Shown: positions 21,088-30,909 of the stretch, piece by piece
Layout of the letters: each line of letters begins with the position of its first letter
How positions within the stretch are numbered: the stretch's first letter is position 1
NCBI GenBank assembly: GCA_965277285.1
Contig: OZ255721.1
Span: forward strand, 608,001 to 672,000
Length of the DNA stretch: 64,000 bases
Source of the DNA: Abditibacteriaceae bacterium
Lineage (GTDB): Bacteria; Armatimonadota; Abditibacteriia; Abditibacteriales; Abditibacteriaceae
Reading direction: 5' to 3'
Made by a program: the position numbers and the translations under genes
Notes under the pieces: generated by a model
The model's input: the letters and a program-made list of their open reading frames with translations, nothing else
The model's database searches: none
What the model was told of the DNA's origin: nothing

Positions 21088-22317
21088 TCACGCCGAAACA
21101 GCCATATCGTCGTCTTCGCTTTGCGCAGTTTTGGCTTGCAGAACGTTGTCGATGTGCGCTTCGAGTTGGGCGACGATGGCGTCCCACGTATTGTCGTGCG
21201 CCATTTTCAAGCCGCGCGAAATCAATTTCTGGTCGGGTTGCGCGACGGCGTTCTGGCACAACCAGATGAACGCTTCGTGCGAATGCGCGATTTGCACGAC
21301 TTTGCTGAAGTTGGAAACCACGTCGGGAACCGCGCTCGAGACAATCGGTTTCGCGGTCGCCATGTATTCCAGCGCCTTAGTCGGGTTGATGTATTCGGTC
21401 GCTTCGTTCAAGGCGAACGGCATCAAGCAAACATCGAACGCTTTGGTATAAGCCGGAAGCTGCGTATAATCGCGCCCGCCCAGCCAGTGCAAGTTGGCGC
21501 GCTGTGGCAAAGTTTTCGGATCGACTTTGCAGACCGGCCCAACGATCACAACGTTCCACTTCGGGTTCGCGTCGGCGAGTTTTTCCACCAATTCGTAATC
21601 CATGCGCTCATCGACAACGCCGAAGTAGCCCAAAATCGGGCCTTGCAAATCTTTCACGTCGTCGGGAATCGGCGTGGTGGCGGAGCGCGCTTTACCAAAA
21701 TGCGCGACATCGACGCCGCAACCATAAAAGTGGCAGTTCGTGTTGTAGCGGCTTTTCGATTCCCACATTTTGCGACCGCCAGCGAACACGACATCGGCGA
21801 TGCCCAGCAGTTGACGCTCGCGCTGAACCAGTTCTTTGGGTGCGCCCTTGAACTGCGAAAGTTCGTCCATGCAGTCGTAAACAATGGCGTTTTCGTTCAT
21901 GTTGCCCGCGAACGCTGTCACCGCCATCGGATCGTAAAACCATTGAACCGGCTGCTCGAACTTCCCTTTGAGACCTATTTGAGTACTCGAAAGCGCTTCG
22001 CGCACCAGGCGCAAACGTTCGGCGTCGACCCAGGCGCCATCGCTGCAGCGCGACCACGGAATCGTCATTTGCAGCACCCAAATGTTGGGATAATCTTCCA
22101 CGTTTTTCACCGTGAAAGACGACGTTTCGACGCCCTCGAAACTGGGGCCTTGAACGAACAAAATGCGGTGCTTCTTGGAAAGGCGCGACAAGAATTGTTG
22201 CGGGCGCTGCCAAACCCAATCCCAGCCGAGATGCGAATGCACGATGATCGGATAAGAGGAAGACGGAGTTTTAACGGAAGACGGCAATGCGGTCGGCGAA
22301 AGAACGGAAAGTGACAT
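21088..22317 (-). CDS. GT-B glycosyltransferase (group 1) linked to glf
   Basis: SHL.WDWVWQRPQ, YDCMDELS.F, GYFGVVDERMD, INPTK.LEYMA. Confidence 0.9.
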   Translation of the reverse strand: MSLSVLSPTALPSSVKTPSSSYPIIVHSHLGWDWVWQRPQQFLSRLSKKHRILFVQGPSFEGVETSSFTVKNVEDYPNIWVLQMTIPWSRCSDGAWVDAERLRLVREALSSTQIGLKGKFEQPVQWFYDPMAVTAFAGNMNENAIVYDCMDELSQFKGAPKELVQRERQLLGIADVVFAGGRKMWESKSRYNTNCHFYGCGVDVAHFGKARSATTPIPDDVKDLQGPILGYFGVVDERMDYELVEKLADANPKWNVVIVGPVCKVDPKTLPQRANLHWLGGRDYTQLPAYTKAFDVCLMPFALNEATEYINPTKALEYMATAKPIVSSAVPDVVSNFSKVVQIAHSHEAFIWLCQNAVAQPDQKLISRGLKMAHDNTWDAIVAQLEAHIDNVLQAKTAQSEDDDMAVSA

Positions 22318-22891
22318 AAAAAATCTCCTGATAATTTGGCGTCAAGTTGTTGCGCGCAGGCTTCAGCCAAAGGCTTCAGCAAAATACAGGCGCGGCGAAA
22401 CCTGACTTTGCGTTGACTCAAAGCCGGAATGTTTTCGTGACAACGCTTAGGCAACAAAGGCTGACAAAACGGTTCCGGCGATAAAATTGGAAAACTGAAG
22501 GTCATTGTCTAAAGAAAGACAATGATCTGTTAAGAATTCATTAGTAAGGGCGACGCGATTCGAGAGAATCGGCGAGCGCCAATGTCGGCAAGGGCTTGAA
22601 GAGGAGGCCGCAACAAAATTGCAAAAATAACGAAGCCAGCGTTGCCGACAAAACTGTTTTTAACAGTTATAGAAGATCAAAGTTCGCATTGGTTTCCGCC
22701 TTCATTTTACCGCAAACAAGGTGCCTCTTACAAATTCACTGTGTTTTGCAGCGCACGAAAATGCAATGCGAACGGCGGTTACACAACATCGAGTACTCGA
22801 TTGCTTGACGGTTCTTTGTGATCGCCCAGCAAGAATGATTTTGCGATTTTCTTACCAATTTATGAGAACACGATTTCGACAGAACACCAGG

Positions 22892-23596
22892 TTACCCGAG
22901 TTTTCTGCCAATAGAATCGAATTCGTGGCGCAGAATGCCGTAACATTCGCAAGCGCAACCTTCCAGTCCGTTGCCATCGGTGATGGTGATGTGACCGCGC
23001 GTATATTGAATGAAACCGGCCTGGCGCAAAACGCCCGCTGCGACCGTAACGCCCGAACGCCGCGTGCCCAGCATATGCGCGATGAACTCTTGCGTGATGT
23101 TGAGTTCGTCCGAACCGATGCGGTCGCGGATAGTCAGCAGCCAGCGGCTCAGGCGCTCTTCTACAGTGTGAATGCGATTGCACAACGCGGCTTGCGAGGT
23201 TTGCGCGACCAGCGTTTGCATATAGCGCAAGATCACGGGTTGCAGGCTGCCGCCGCGCCGAAACTCGTCGCGGAACGCTTCCGCCGTCATCCAGAAAGCG
23301 CGACCCTCGATTTGCACCATGGCGCGCGTCGTCGGAGCATTTTGCGCCAGAGCAGAAGGCACGCCTGCCCCGCCTTCATGCGCCACGACACCGGCTTCGA
23401 CCTGCGTGCCTTCCATGGACGCCACTACCAGCGAAATCATGCCGCTGATGGGAAAATAAACGCGCTGAACAGGTTCGCCCGCTTCGTAAATAATGCGTCC
23501 CACCGGCATTGAAACGGGCGTTAAAAGCTCTTTGATACGGTCGCGTTCGGGCGCTGAAAGCGATGCCAAGATAACGTTCTTTTCGATTTGCTCCAT
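22892..23596 (-). CDS. Crp/Fnr family transcriptional regulator
   Basis: VYFP.SG.ISL, CNR.HTVEERL.RWLL, TQEFIA.MLG.RR.GVT HTH. Confidence 0.92.
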   Translation of the reverse strand: MEQIEKNVILASLSAPERDRIKELLTPVSMPVGRIIYEAGEPVQRVYFPISGMISLVVASMEGTQVEAGVVAHEGGAGVPSALAQNAPTTRAMVQIEGRAFWMTAEAFRDEFRRGGSLQPVILRYMQTLVAQTSQAALCNRIHTVEERLSRWLLTIRDRIGSDELNITQEFIAHMLGTRRSGVTVAAGVLRQAGFIQYTRGHITITDGNGLEGCACECYGILRHEFDSIGRKLG

Positions 23597-23875
23597 CGGA
23601 TTGCGCGTGGAGATTCGTGCGCTACTGGAGTAACCGTCCTGCGAAAATAAAAAAGGGTTCACTCTGCCTCCTGCTACGAGATGCACAGTAAATGATGCCA
23701 AAGATTCACGCTTCTGAAAATCGGGTAAAAAACACTTTTTGTCGGGGCTTTCCCTGATTTTTGCAAAGGAATCGCCGCACAATCGAGTACTCGATAGACG
23801 AACCTGGAGAGTTCTATAACTGGTAGGAGCTACATAAAACTATGGTAACGGCTCCATTGAGCAAGCCGGTGAAAA

Positions 23876-23953
23876 GAACCCTGAGCGTCAGCGACGGGTG
23901 AAGTAACACAGACATCAAACTGTAAGTTCACCCGTCGCTGACGCTCAGGGTTC
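23876..23953. repeat. REP-like inverted repeat, family A variant
   Basis: GAACCCTGAGCGTCAGCGACGGGTGAA ... TTCACCCGTCGCTGACGCTCAGGGTTC. Confidence 0.88.
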
Positions 23954-23954
23954 G

Positions 23955-24663
23955 TTAGGCTGGTTGGTCTTCATTTTGTTGCAGCCAATCGTGTGCGAGA
24001 GCGTAGCGCACGATGTCGGCGCGGCTTTGCAAGCCCAGTTTTTCCATGCAGCGCGCGATGCGTTTCCACGGTTTTGACGCTGATGAACAAAGTGGTGGCA
24101 ATCTCTTTGTTGGTGTGTCCCCACGCGATGTAGCGCAAAACTTCGCCTTCGCGCACGCTTAAAACATCGTCTTGTTGCAGGTCGCTGTTGCTGTCTGAGT
24201 AAGCGCCGACAATTTTGCTGGCGACGATCGCGCACACGTAAATGCCGCCTTCAAAAACGACGTTCAAGGCGTGAATCAATTCTTCGGAAATGGCGCGCTT
24301 GAGAACAAAACCAGAAGCTCCAGCGCGCAGCGTGCGACGAAAATAAGCCTCGTCTTCGTGCGCGCTGAGAGCGAGAACTTTGACGTTCGGGCAATCGCGC
24401 TTGATATTTTCCGTCGCCTCAACGCCGTTCATGTCCGGCATCGAAATATCCATCACCACGATGTCGGGCGAAAGCGCTTTGACGCGCTCCCAGGTTTCGC
24501 GCCCGCTGCCCGCTTCGCCGCCGACTTTCATGATCGTCTGCTCTTCAATCAAACGCTTCAAGCCTTCGCGGATCAGAGCATGGTCGTCGGCCAGGAAAAC
24601 GCGAATCGGCGAACGTTCGGCAGGATGTTCGGTAAAAGGTTTGGCGAGAGGTTCAGCAGCCAT
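23955..24663 (-). pseudogene. NarL/LuxR response regulator with a C-terminal frameshift
   Basis: ADDH..IREG, MDISMP, LS.RE.EVL, KTVETHRA; then CMEKLGLQSRADIVRYA continues in another frame after a (GC)n run at ~24050. Confidence 0.8.
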
Positions 24664-24772
24664 AAGGTTCTCCGTAAAGCACGGAGCCGTTCGAGTACTC
24701 GATGTGAGCAAGAAAACGAGGCCGCCTGGTTGTCATTATGATGACGATTTGAATTGTTCGGTCGTTAAACGC

Positions 24773-25711
24773 TTACGGCGTTGTTTCGTCTTCTTGGAAG
24801 GAAACGGAGGCGCGCGCGAAAACTGTTGTGCCGCTGCCCGGTTCGGCTTCAATGGTCAGCGTTCCACCGACGAGCTCCAATCGCTCGCGCATTCCCAAAA
24901 GTCCCAAACGCGTGTTTTCTTGCAGCGTGGCTTCCACATCGAAGCCGCACCCGTTGTCTTCAATGATCGCTATGACCTGATGGTCGCGGCGTTCTATCAC
25001 GACGCTGGCGTGTTGCGCATTGGCGTGCCGCATCACGTTAGTGAGAGATTCCTGAATCACGCGAAAAAAGGTGGTTTGCAACGCCGCATCCAAAGGCGGC
25101 ACGCGCTCGAAACCGCGCGCATGAAAATCGAGTTGGACAGACGGACAGCGCTGCTTCCATCGATCGATATAGTGTTCCAGCGCTGCTTCCAAACCCAGAT
25201 CGTCCAAAGCCGCGGGACGCAATTCCCACGCGATCTGATGAACGCGCTGCATCATCTCGGAAGTCAGTTCCTGCAATTGCTCGATGCGGCGATTGCTGGA
25301 TGGCGCGCGCATTGTGTCGGCGTCAAAATCGGGCAGGGCGTTCAAACCCATTTGCAATGCCGTCAAATGTTGCCCTAACTCGTCATGCAACTCGCGCGAA
25401 ACACGATGGCGCTCTTCTTCTTGCGCCGCCACCAAACGCCCCATTATTTGACGATAGTCGTTTGCAGTACGCATGCTTTCGGTTTCGCTGCGCATGCTTT
25501 CCTCGTGTTGCGCTTGAAGTTGCGCTTGAAGTTCCAATTCAGCGATGCGTTGTCGAAGCTGAGCATTTTGCTCGCGCAGCGACTTATTCGCTAAAGATTC
25601 GTCCGTTAAAGATTCGTCCGTTGAAGAATGTTCGGGGGAAGAAAGGGAAGCGTTGTGGTCGCGTGCCGAAGGCGGCGTAAGACCCAACATAAGAAAGCAT
25701 ACCTTCGCCAT
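24773..25711 (-). CDS. Cytoplasmic sensor histidine kinase (HisKA_3)
   Basis: QEEER.RVSRELHDELGQ.LTAL, QE.LTNV.RHA, DNG.GFD, GL.GMRER. Confidence 0.92.
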   Translation of the reverse strand: MAKVCFLMLGLTPPSARDHNASLSSPEHSSTDESLTDESLANKSLREQNAQLRQRIAELELQAQLQAQHEESMRSETESMRTANDYRQIMGRLVAAQEEERHRVSRELHDELGQHLTALQMGLNALPDFDADTMRAPSSNRRIEQLQELTSEMMQRVHQIAWELRPAALDDLGLEAALEHYIDRWKQRCPSVQLDFHARGFERVPPLDAALQTTFFRVIQESLTNVMRHANAQHASVVIERRDHQVIAIIEDNGCGFDVEATLQENTRLGLLGMRERLELVGGTLTIEAEPGSGTTVFARASVSFQEDETTP

Positions 25712-25814
25712 GTGGCGTGTTCGAGTACTCGAAACGAGTCTTGTTTGCGGCTATGCTCTTACTATAACAGTTCCCCAAAAATCTGTGGACAGATGTGCAT
25801 TTTGCACATAACAT

Positions 25815-26138
25815 CTATGCCAAGTGCGCGATGTCCGGCATTCTGTTGCCGCTGTGCGTTGCGCTTTCCACCTTGATGTCAATTTCAAAGGCTAACGGTT
25901 GCAGCGTGCCATGCTGCTGATATTCCATCCATTGGCGGCACGTTTGAAGCGGCAAAAACAAGGTGCGATAAGGCGACTGAACCTGAAACACAACGCCCCC
26001 GGGGAAAACACGAAACGTTTGGCCCGTCGCGCGTCGCAAAGCGCGGCTAATCGGGTTGTTTTCCAAATCGTCCCGCGATTCCGCGATGTCCGCTTCCGTT
26101 ACATGAATAATCATTGACACACCTCCACCTTCTGACAT
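25815..26138 (-). CDS. Hypothetical protein
   Basis: GGAGG RBS before an internal ATG (MIIHVTEADI); plausible composition. Confidence 0.55.
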   Translation of the reverse strand: MSEGGGVSMIIHVTEADIAESRDDLENNPISRALRRATGQTFRVFPGGVVFQVQSPYRTLFLPLQTCRQWMEYQQHGTLQPLAFEIDIKVESATHSGNRMPDIAHLA

Positions 26139-26266
26139 TCAAAATTGCCACAGCTCTTTCGTCGCGTCAGTGCGCTGGAAAACAAAAAGCCGCACGAAAA
26201 TTATTCACGCGGTTTCATTGGTGAAATCGAGGACTCGAAACGTGGCGAGAAAGGAGATTTACACCA

Positions 26267-26358
26267 CGAAAGTAGCAGTTTGTCATTCTGAGCGCAGCAA
26301 AGAATCTATGTGCAGTTAGATTCTTCGCTGCGCTCAGAATGACAAACTGCTACTTTCG
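26267..26358. repeat. REP-like inverted repeat, family B
   Basis: CGAAAGTAGCAGTTTGTCATTCTGAGCGCAG ... CTGCGCTCAGAATGACAAACTGCTACTTTCG. Confidence 0.9.
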
Positions 26359-26418
26359 AGCGTTGCGCCGACTATTTAGCTGATCGCTTTAGCTGATCGC
26401 TTAAAACAGCGGCTTCAA

Positions 26419-27633
26419 TCAACCGAAATCGAGCATTCGTTGCAACGCCATTTTCGCTTCGCCCGCAATCGGTTCGGGCACCACAATCTGGTTGACGACT
26501 TTGCCTTGCAGCAAATTGTCCAAGACCCACAGCAAATGCGGCGCATCCACGCGATACATCGTCGAGCACACGCACACGTTCGGGTTTAGGCAAACCACCG
26601 TTTTATCAGGATTTTCCAGCGCCAAACGGCTCACCAAATTGATTTCCGTTCCAACTGCGAAGACCGAACCGGCAGGCGCTTCCTCAATAATCTTTTTGAT
26701 CTTCTCGGTCGAACCATACGCGTCGGCTTTGATCATCACGTCGTAAGTGCATTCCGGATGAACCACGACGGTAATTCCTGGATAACGCTTGCGAATGTTG
26801 TCGACGTGAATCGGCATAAACGTGCCATGAACCGAACAATGACCTTTCCACAACAAAATCTTGGCGGCGCGCAAAGCTGCTTCGCTTTGTCCGCCCATAT
26901 CTTCAAACGGATCCCACACGATGCAATCGTCCAGCGAAAATCCCATTTCGAGAACAGCCGTATTGCGCCCCAAATGCTGATCGGGGAAGAACAGTAACTT
27001 TTCGCCGCCCGCGCCGCCGTTTTCAATTGGCGTCAACGCCCACGTCATGATTTTTTTGGCGTTGCTGCTGGTGCAAACCGAACCGCCGTGACGCCCAACG
27101 AACGCCTTCAGATTGGCCGCCGAGTTCATATACGTAATCGGCACGATGTGCTGTCCAACGCACGCTTCCAGCAGGCTGTCCCACGCTTCTTCGACCTGAT
27201 CGATGTCCGCCATGTCCGCCATCGAGCAACCGGCGTGCAGGTCAGGCAAAATCACTTTCTGGTGCGGCGCGCTCAAAATATCGGCGCTTTCCGCCATAAA
27301 ATGCACGCCGCAGAAAATAATAGTATCGGCTTCAGGATGCGCCGCGGCATCTTTGCACAACTTGAAGCTATCGCCGCGAAAATCGGCCCAGCGAATCACT
27401 TCCTCGCGCTGATAATGATGACCTAAAATCACCAATTTATCGCCCAAGATTTCTTTGGCGCGCGCGATGCCAACCGCCAATTCATCGGGCGTCATCAGTT
27501 CGTATTTGCGCGGCAGCGGCACTTGCAACTGCGCGCCGCTTTCCATCGTGATGTGACCCACCAAAGTGCCGTCATTTTGATGGATTTTGTTGAACGTCTC
27601 ACTTAACGCGCCCTGCAATTGCAATGTCGCCAT
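26419..27633 (-). CDS. nadA: Quinolinate synthase
   Basis: GHHYQ, FCGVHFMAE, AGCSMADM, YMNS.A, CTSSNA, PDQHLG, HPEC, C.TM. Confidence 0.96.
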   Translation of the reverse strand: MATLQLQGALSETFNKIHQNDGTLVGHITMESGAQLQVPLPRKYELMTPDELAVGIARAKEILGDKLVILGHHYQREEVIRWADFRGDSFKLCKDAAAHPEADTIIFCGVHFMAESADILSAPHQKVILPDLHAGCSMADMADIDQVEEAWDSLLEACVGQHIVPITYMNSAANLKAFVGRHGGSVCTSSNAKKIMTWALTPIENGGAGGEKLLFFPDQHLGRNTAVLEMGFSLDDCIVWDPFEDMGGQSEAALRAAKILLWKGHCSVHGTFMPIHVDNIRKRYPGITVVVHPECTYDVMIKADAYGSTEKIKKIIEEAPAGSVFAVGTEINLVSRLALENPDKTVVCLNPNVCVCSTMYRVDAPHLLWVLDNLLQGKVVNQIVVPEPIAGEAKMALQRMLDFG

Positions 27634-27661
27634 GTCGCACATTCCTTTCGTTTTCGAGATA

Positions 27662-27679
27662 TTGTGACTTCTTTCACAA
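27662..27679. promoter_or_regulatory. Candidate Rex (or CRP-type) operator in the nadA leader
   Basis: TTGTGACTTCTTTCACAA: 1 mismatch to TTGTGAA-N4-TTCACAA; also TGTGA-N6-TCACA. Confidence 0.6.
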
Positions 27680-27687
27680 AGTTGGCC

Positions 27688-27713
27688 AAATAAAAAGCCT
27701 CAACTGTGGAGGC
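27688..27713 (-). terminator. Terminator-like hairpin inside the nadA 5' leader
   Basis: Minus strand GCCTC-CACAGTT-GAGGC-TTTTTATTT. Confidence 0.55.
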
Positions 27714-27777
27714 GGGTTTGTGGACGAGTTGGCTGCGGCCTCGTTCGGATTGTTTTCAACACGTCTTCGATGTCGCA

Positions 27778-27806
27778 ATTGTACGGCGCGGTTCCTCATT
27801 CGTCAA
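27778..27806 (-). promoter_or_regulatory. Sigma70 promoter for nadA
   Basis: Minus strand TTGACG-17 bp-TACAAT. Confidence 0.72.
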
Positions 27807-27862
27807 GGTTTCGATTTGAGTTGAGGAATCGAGTGAGAGTAAGAGATTTTTATAGTGCGAAC

Positions 27863-27890
27863 GTACGGGCGAGGCATGTCTCGCCCGTAC
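27863..27890. repeat. Short REP-like hairpin
   Basis: GTACGGGCGAG-GCATGT-CTCGCCCGTAC. Confidence 0.6.
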
Positions 27891-27968
27891 AAACATTGAC
27901 TCGATTCGCGGTGCGTTATAATCAAGCGCGTCATTTCTTTCAACCAAAAGACTTCCGTCAAACTTTCG

Positions 27969-30227
27969 ATGAAAACGCCGACCAAACCAAAAACGAAAAA
28001 CCTGGCGCGTCGGCTCTCAACTTCCAGCCGAAGCACGCGTGTTGTATCGCGCGAAGATCGAGTACTCGATTTGCCTTTAAAAGTGCCGTTGGAATTGGGT
28101 TTCGTGTCGCGCGCGCAAACGTTCGCGTTTGTTTTGTCGTGCCTGAGCATTTTGGTTTCGCCGTATTTGTTTTCCGGTTTCTGGCCTGTTACGCGCGACT
28201 ACGGAACGCAATCGTTTTTCAGCGTTTTAGCGGCGTGCGCGGCGTTGTTGCTGGCGCTCAGCCCGCGCAATGAAGCGCAGCCATCGTTGAAAAACTGGCC
28301 ACTCGCTTCGCATTTATTGATCGCGTTTTTCGCTTGGTGCGCGCTATCGTGTGTAGCGAGCGTTTACTGGCACGACACGATTTTGGAAATTGCACGCATT
28401 GGAACGGGCGCCGCGTGGTTCCTGATTTTGCGCGAATTGTTGCGTTTTGGCGTGGCCACAACGGACAATCGAGTACTCGATTCGCGCGCTTTGTGTTTGA
28501 TGTTGGCGGCGTTTTGTGGTTTGGCCATCGTCTGCGTTTTATCGTTACTGGATTTTTTGCGTACGCACAATCCGCGCCAATTCGGTACGTTTTTTAATCC
28601 GAACTTGTTTGCGACGGCGTGCGCCATGACCTTGCCGTTGTCACTCGGCGCGACTTTGAGCGCCTGGCGTTGGGCGCGCCGCGAACGTCCCTCGTTGACA
28701 GTTTTTGTTGTTGCGATGGGCACGCTGCTTTCCTTGTTAATTTTGGGCGGCTTGATTGTCACTTCCAGCAAAGGCGGTTTTCTGGCGGCTTTGGTTGCGC
28801 TGATGGTTTTCGCTTTTGGTTTGTGGCGCGCGCAAAGCCTCAATTTGAAGAAGGTGTGGCGCGCCAACAATTTGTTGATTTTCGCCGCTTTGCTGCTGGT
28901 TTTGGTAGTTGGCGGCGCGCTGGCGACCAAAACGATTTTGCCGCGTTTGCGACAGGCTGGCGGCAGCGACGACAACTCGACGATGTTTCGCGTTTATACG
29001 TGGAAAAGCACCGTGAAAATGGCGCAGGCTCGTCCGATTTTCGGCTGGGGCGCAGGCGGTTTCGCGCAGGCGCACGATCAATTTGCGACGGTTGGAACAA
29101 CCAAAAGCGCGCACCAATCGTGGCTGCAAATCGCGGCGGAACAGGGCTTTCCTGCCTTGATTTTGCTGGCGGCTGCAACATTCGCGTTTCTCTTGCGCGG
29201 CTGGCGCGCCCTGAAAACATCGCATTGGCCGCAAAGTTTGGGCGCTCTTGGTGCGATTGTCGCGTTCGCCGTTCATGGTTTGACGGATGCCGGCTGGAGC
29301 GTTTCGTCGGTCGTGTTTTTGTTGATGCTTGCCTTCGCTTTGCTGGATGCGACAGGAGAACCAAATGCGCCAATCAAGTATTCGAATCGAGAAGAAAACG
29401 CGCGTGAAGCCTCTTCGCGTTTGCGCTGGGGCTGGCTTGCGCTGGTTTTATTGACGGGCGCGTTTTCATGGTCGGCGCAACGCGCGGCGAATGGTGAAGA
29501 TGCGCGCACTGCTTCGGAAAAAATGGCGCGACAGGGCCAACTGGCGCCCGCGCTTGAAACCGCGCAAGACGCACTGGACGCTGATCCTCTGGCTTACAAT
29601 TTGTGGCTCCACATAGCGAATTTGCGTTTGGCGAATGGCGAAGCGTCACTGGCGGAAAGCGCTTTTGCGCACGCGACGCAACTCAATCCCCGAAACCCTG
29701 TTCCATGGCGCGCTTGGGCCAATTCGCGCGGCAATGCGCACCAATCGAGTACTGGAAATAGCGTTTATTCAACTACAAATAGGGTTTATTCAACCGAAGC
29801 GTTTGGCGAAGCGTTGTGGGACAATGCGGTTCGTTGCGCGCCGCACGATTCTTCGCTTTTGTTGTCGCGCGCGAAGTGGCGTTTGTCGCAGAACCCGAAC
29901 GATGCGCAAGCCTGGAACGATCTGGAAATTGTCGTGGGCGAACGTGATGCGCCGTATGGCCGCTACGCCGCCGTCGGCGATTACGTTAACCTCGATTTCG
30001 CGCGCGCTTCGGTTTTGCTGGCACAACGCGACTTGAAAAACGGCGATAAAAATCGTGTCCAAGCTCTGGTGAAAAACGCTTTATCCGATGTCGCGCTGGC
30101 GCAAGGCAAAGTCGCGCAGCAAAAAGAAGTCGCGGCGGCCAATGCCGATTCGGACACCAATTTGGGGCCGCCCAAAGACTTGGACGAATTGCGAAATCAA
30201 TTGAAAGCGTTGCAGGCCAGCGAATAA
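27969..30227 (+). CDS. O-antigen ligase-like (Wzy_C) membrane protein with TPR C-terminus
   Basis: GTFFNPN.FA, T.SKGG, R...W......RPIFGWG.G.F, AHQSWLQ.AAE.G; TPR-like helices. Confidence 0.85.
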   Translation: MKTPTKPKTKNLARRLSTSSRSTRVVSREDRVLDLPLKVPLELGFVSRAQTFAFVLSCLSILVSPYLFSGFWPVTRDYGTQSFFSVLAACAALLLALSPRNEAQPSLKNWPLASHLLIAFFAWCALSCVASVYWHDTILEIARIGTGAAWFLILRELLRFGVATTDNRVLDSRALCLMLAAFCGLAIVCVLSLLDFLRTHNPRQFGTFFNPNLFATACAMTLPLSLGATLSAWRWARRERPSLTVFVVAMGTLLSLLILGGLIVTSSKGGFLAALVALMVFAFGLWRAQSLNLKKVWRANNLLIFAALLLVLVVGGALATKTILPRLRQAGGSDDNSTMFRVYTWKSTVKMAQARPIFGWGAGGFAQAHDQFATVGTTKSAHQSWLQIAAEQGFPALILLAAATFAFLLRGWRALKTSHWPQSLGALGAIVAFAVHGLTDAGWSVSSVVFLLMLAFALLDATGEPNAPIKYSNREENAREASSRLRWGWLALVLLTGAFSWSAQRAANGEDARTASEKMARQGQLAPALETAQDALDADPLAYNLWLHIANLRLANGEASLAESAFAHATQLNPRNPVPWRAWANSRGNAHQSSTGNSVYSTTNRVYSTEAFGEALWDNAVRCAPHDSSLLLSRAKWRLSQNPNDAQAWNDLEIVVGERDAPYGRYAAVGDYVNLDFARASVLLAQRDLKNGDKNRVQALVKNALSDVALAQGKVAQQKEVAAANADSDTNLGPPKDLDELRNQLKALQASE

Positions 30228-30327
30228 ATTCGCCGCCATAAAAGGTGTCAACCTTCGTTGACACAACACAAGTGGCAGCCGTGTCGGTGCAGACCGACAC
30301 CTTTTCTGGCGGCGAATGGATTCGCTG
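30218..30327. repeat. About 110-bp branched (cloverleaf-like) repeat element, family D
   Basis: Outer stem CAGCGAAT..ATTCGCCGCCA..AAAAGGTGTC with two internal hairpins; reverse-complement copy at 43374-43485. Confidence 0.85.
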
Positions 30328-30350
30328 CTTCCATTGCAAAAGGAACTTTG

Positions 30351-30779
30351 ATGAAAACCGTTTTAGTTCTCAGCGGCCCGAATTTGAACTTGCTGGGCAC
30401 GCGCGAAATCGGCATTTACGGACGCCTAACTTTGGACGATATCAACGCGCAATTGAAAACATTGGGCGAAACATTGGGCGTTGAAGTACGCGCGGCGCAC
30501 AGCAACCACGAAGGCGTTTTGATCGACATTTTGCACGCGCGCGATTTCGATGCGGTCGTTTTGAACGCGGGCGCCCTGACACATTATTCCTATGCCTTGC
30601 GCGATGCCATTGCCGCGATCCAAAAGCCGGTCGTCGAAGTGCATTTGTCGAACACCGCCAAGCGCGAAGAATGGCGCCACAAAAGTGTGGTTTCCGCCGT
30701 CTGCGCGGGCACAATTTTGGGCTTCGGCGTTCTCAGTTACGAACTGGGCTTGCGCGCCGCTGTTGAGTTGTCGAAATAA
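30351..30779 (+). CDS. aroQ: Type II 3-dehydroquinate dehydratase
   Basis: GPNLNLLG.RE..IYG, SNHEG, N.GALTHYS.ALRDA, EVHLSN. Confidence 0.95.
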   Translation: MKTVLVLSGPNLNLLGTREIGIYGRLTLDDINAQLKTLGETLGVEVRAAHSNHEGVLIDILHARDFDAVVLNAGALTHYSYALRDAIAAIQKPVVEVHLSNTAKREEWRHKSVVSAVCAGTILGFGVLSYELGLRAAVELSK

Positions 30780-30792
30780 CGTTCGTGTCGTT

Positions 30793-30881
30793 GTAGGGGC
30801 GCACGGCGTGCGCCCTGTACTTACACATTTCGAAACGTTGTGCGTGATACCATGACAAGGGCGCACGCCATGCCCCCCTAC
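30793..30881. repeat. GTAG-family REP doublet (REPIN-like), family C
   Basis: GTAGGGGCGCACGGCGTGCGCCC ... GGGCGCACGCCATGCCCCCCTAC. Confidence 0.8.
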
Positions 30882-30909
30882 GAAAACTTCTGATAATCGA
30901 GTACTCGAT

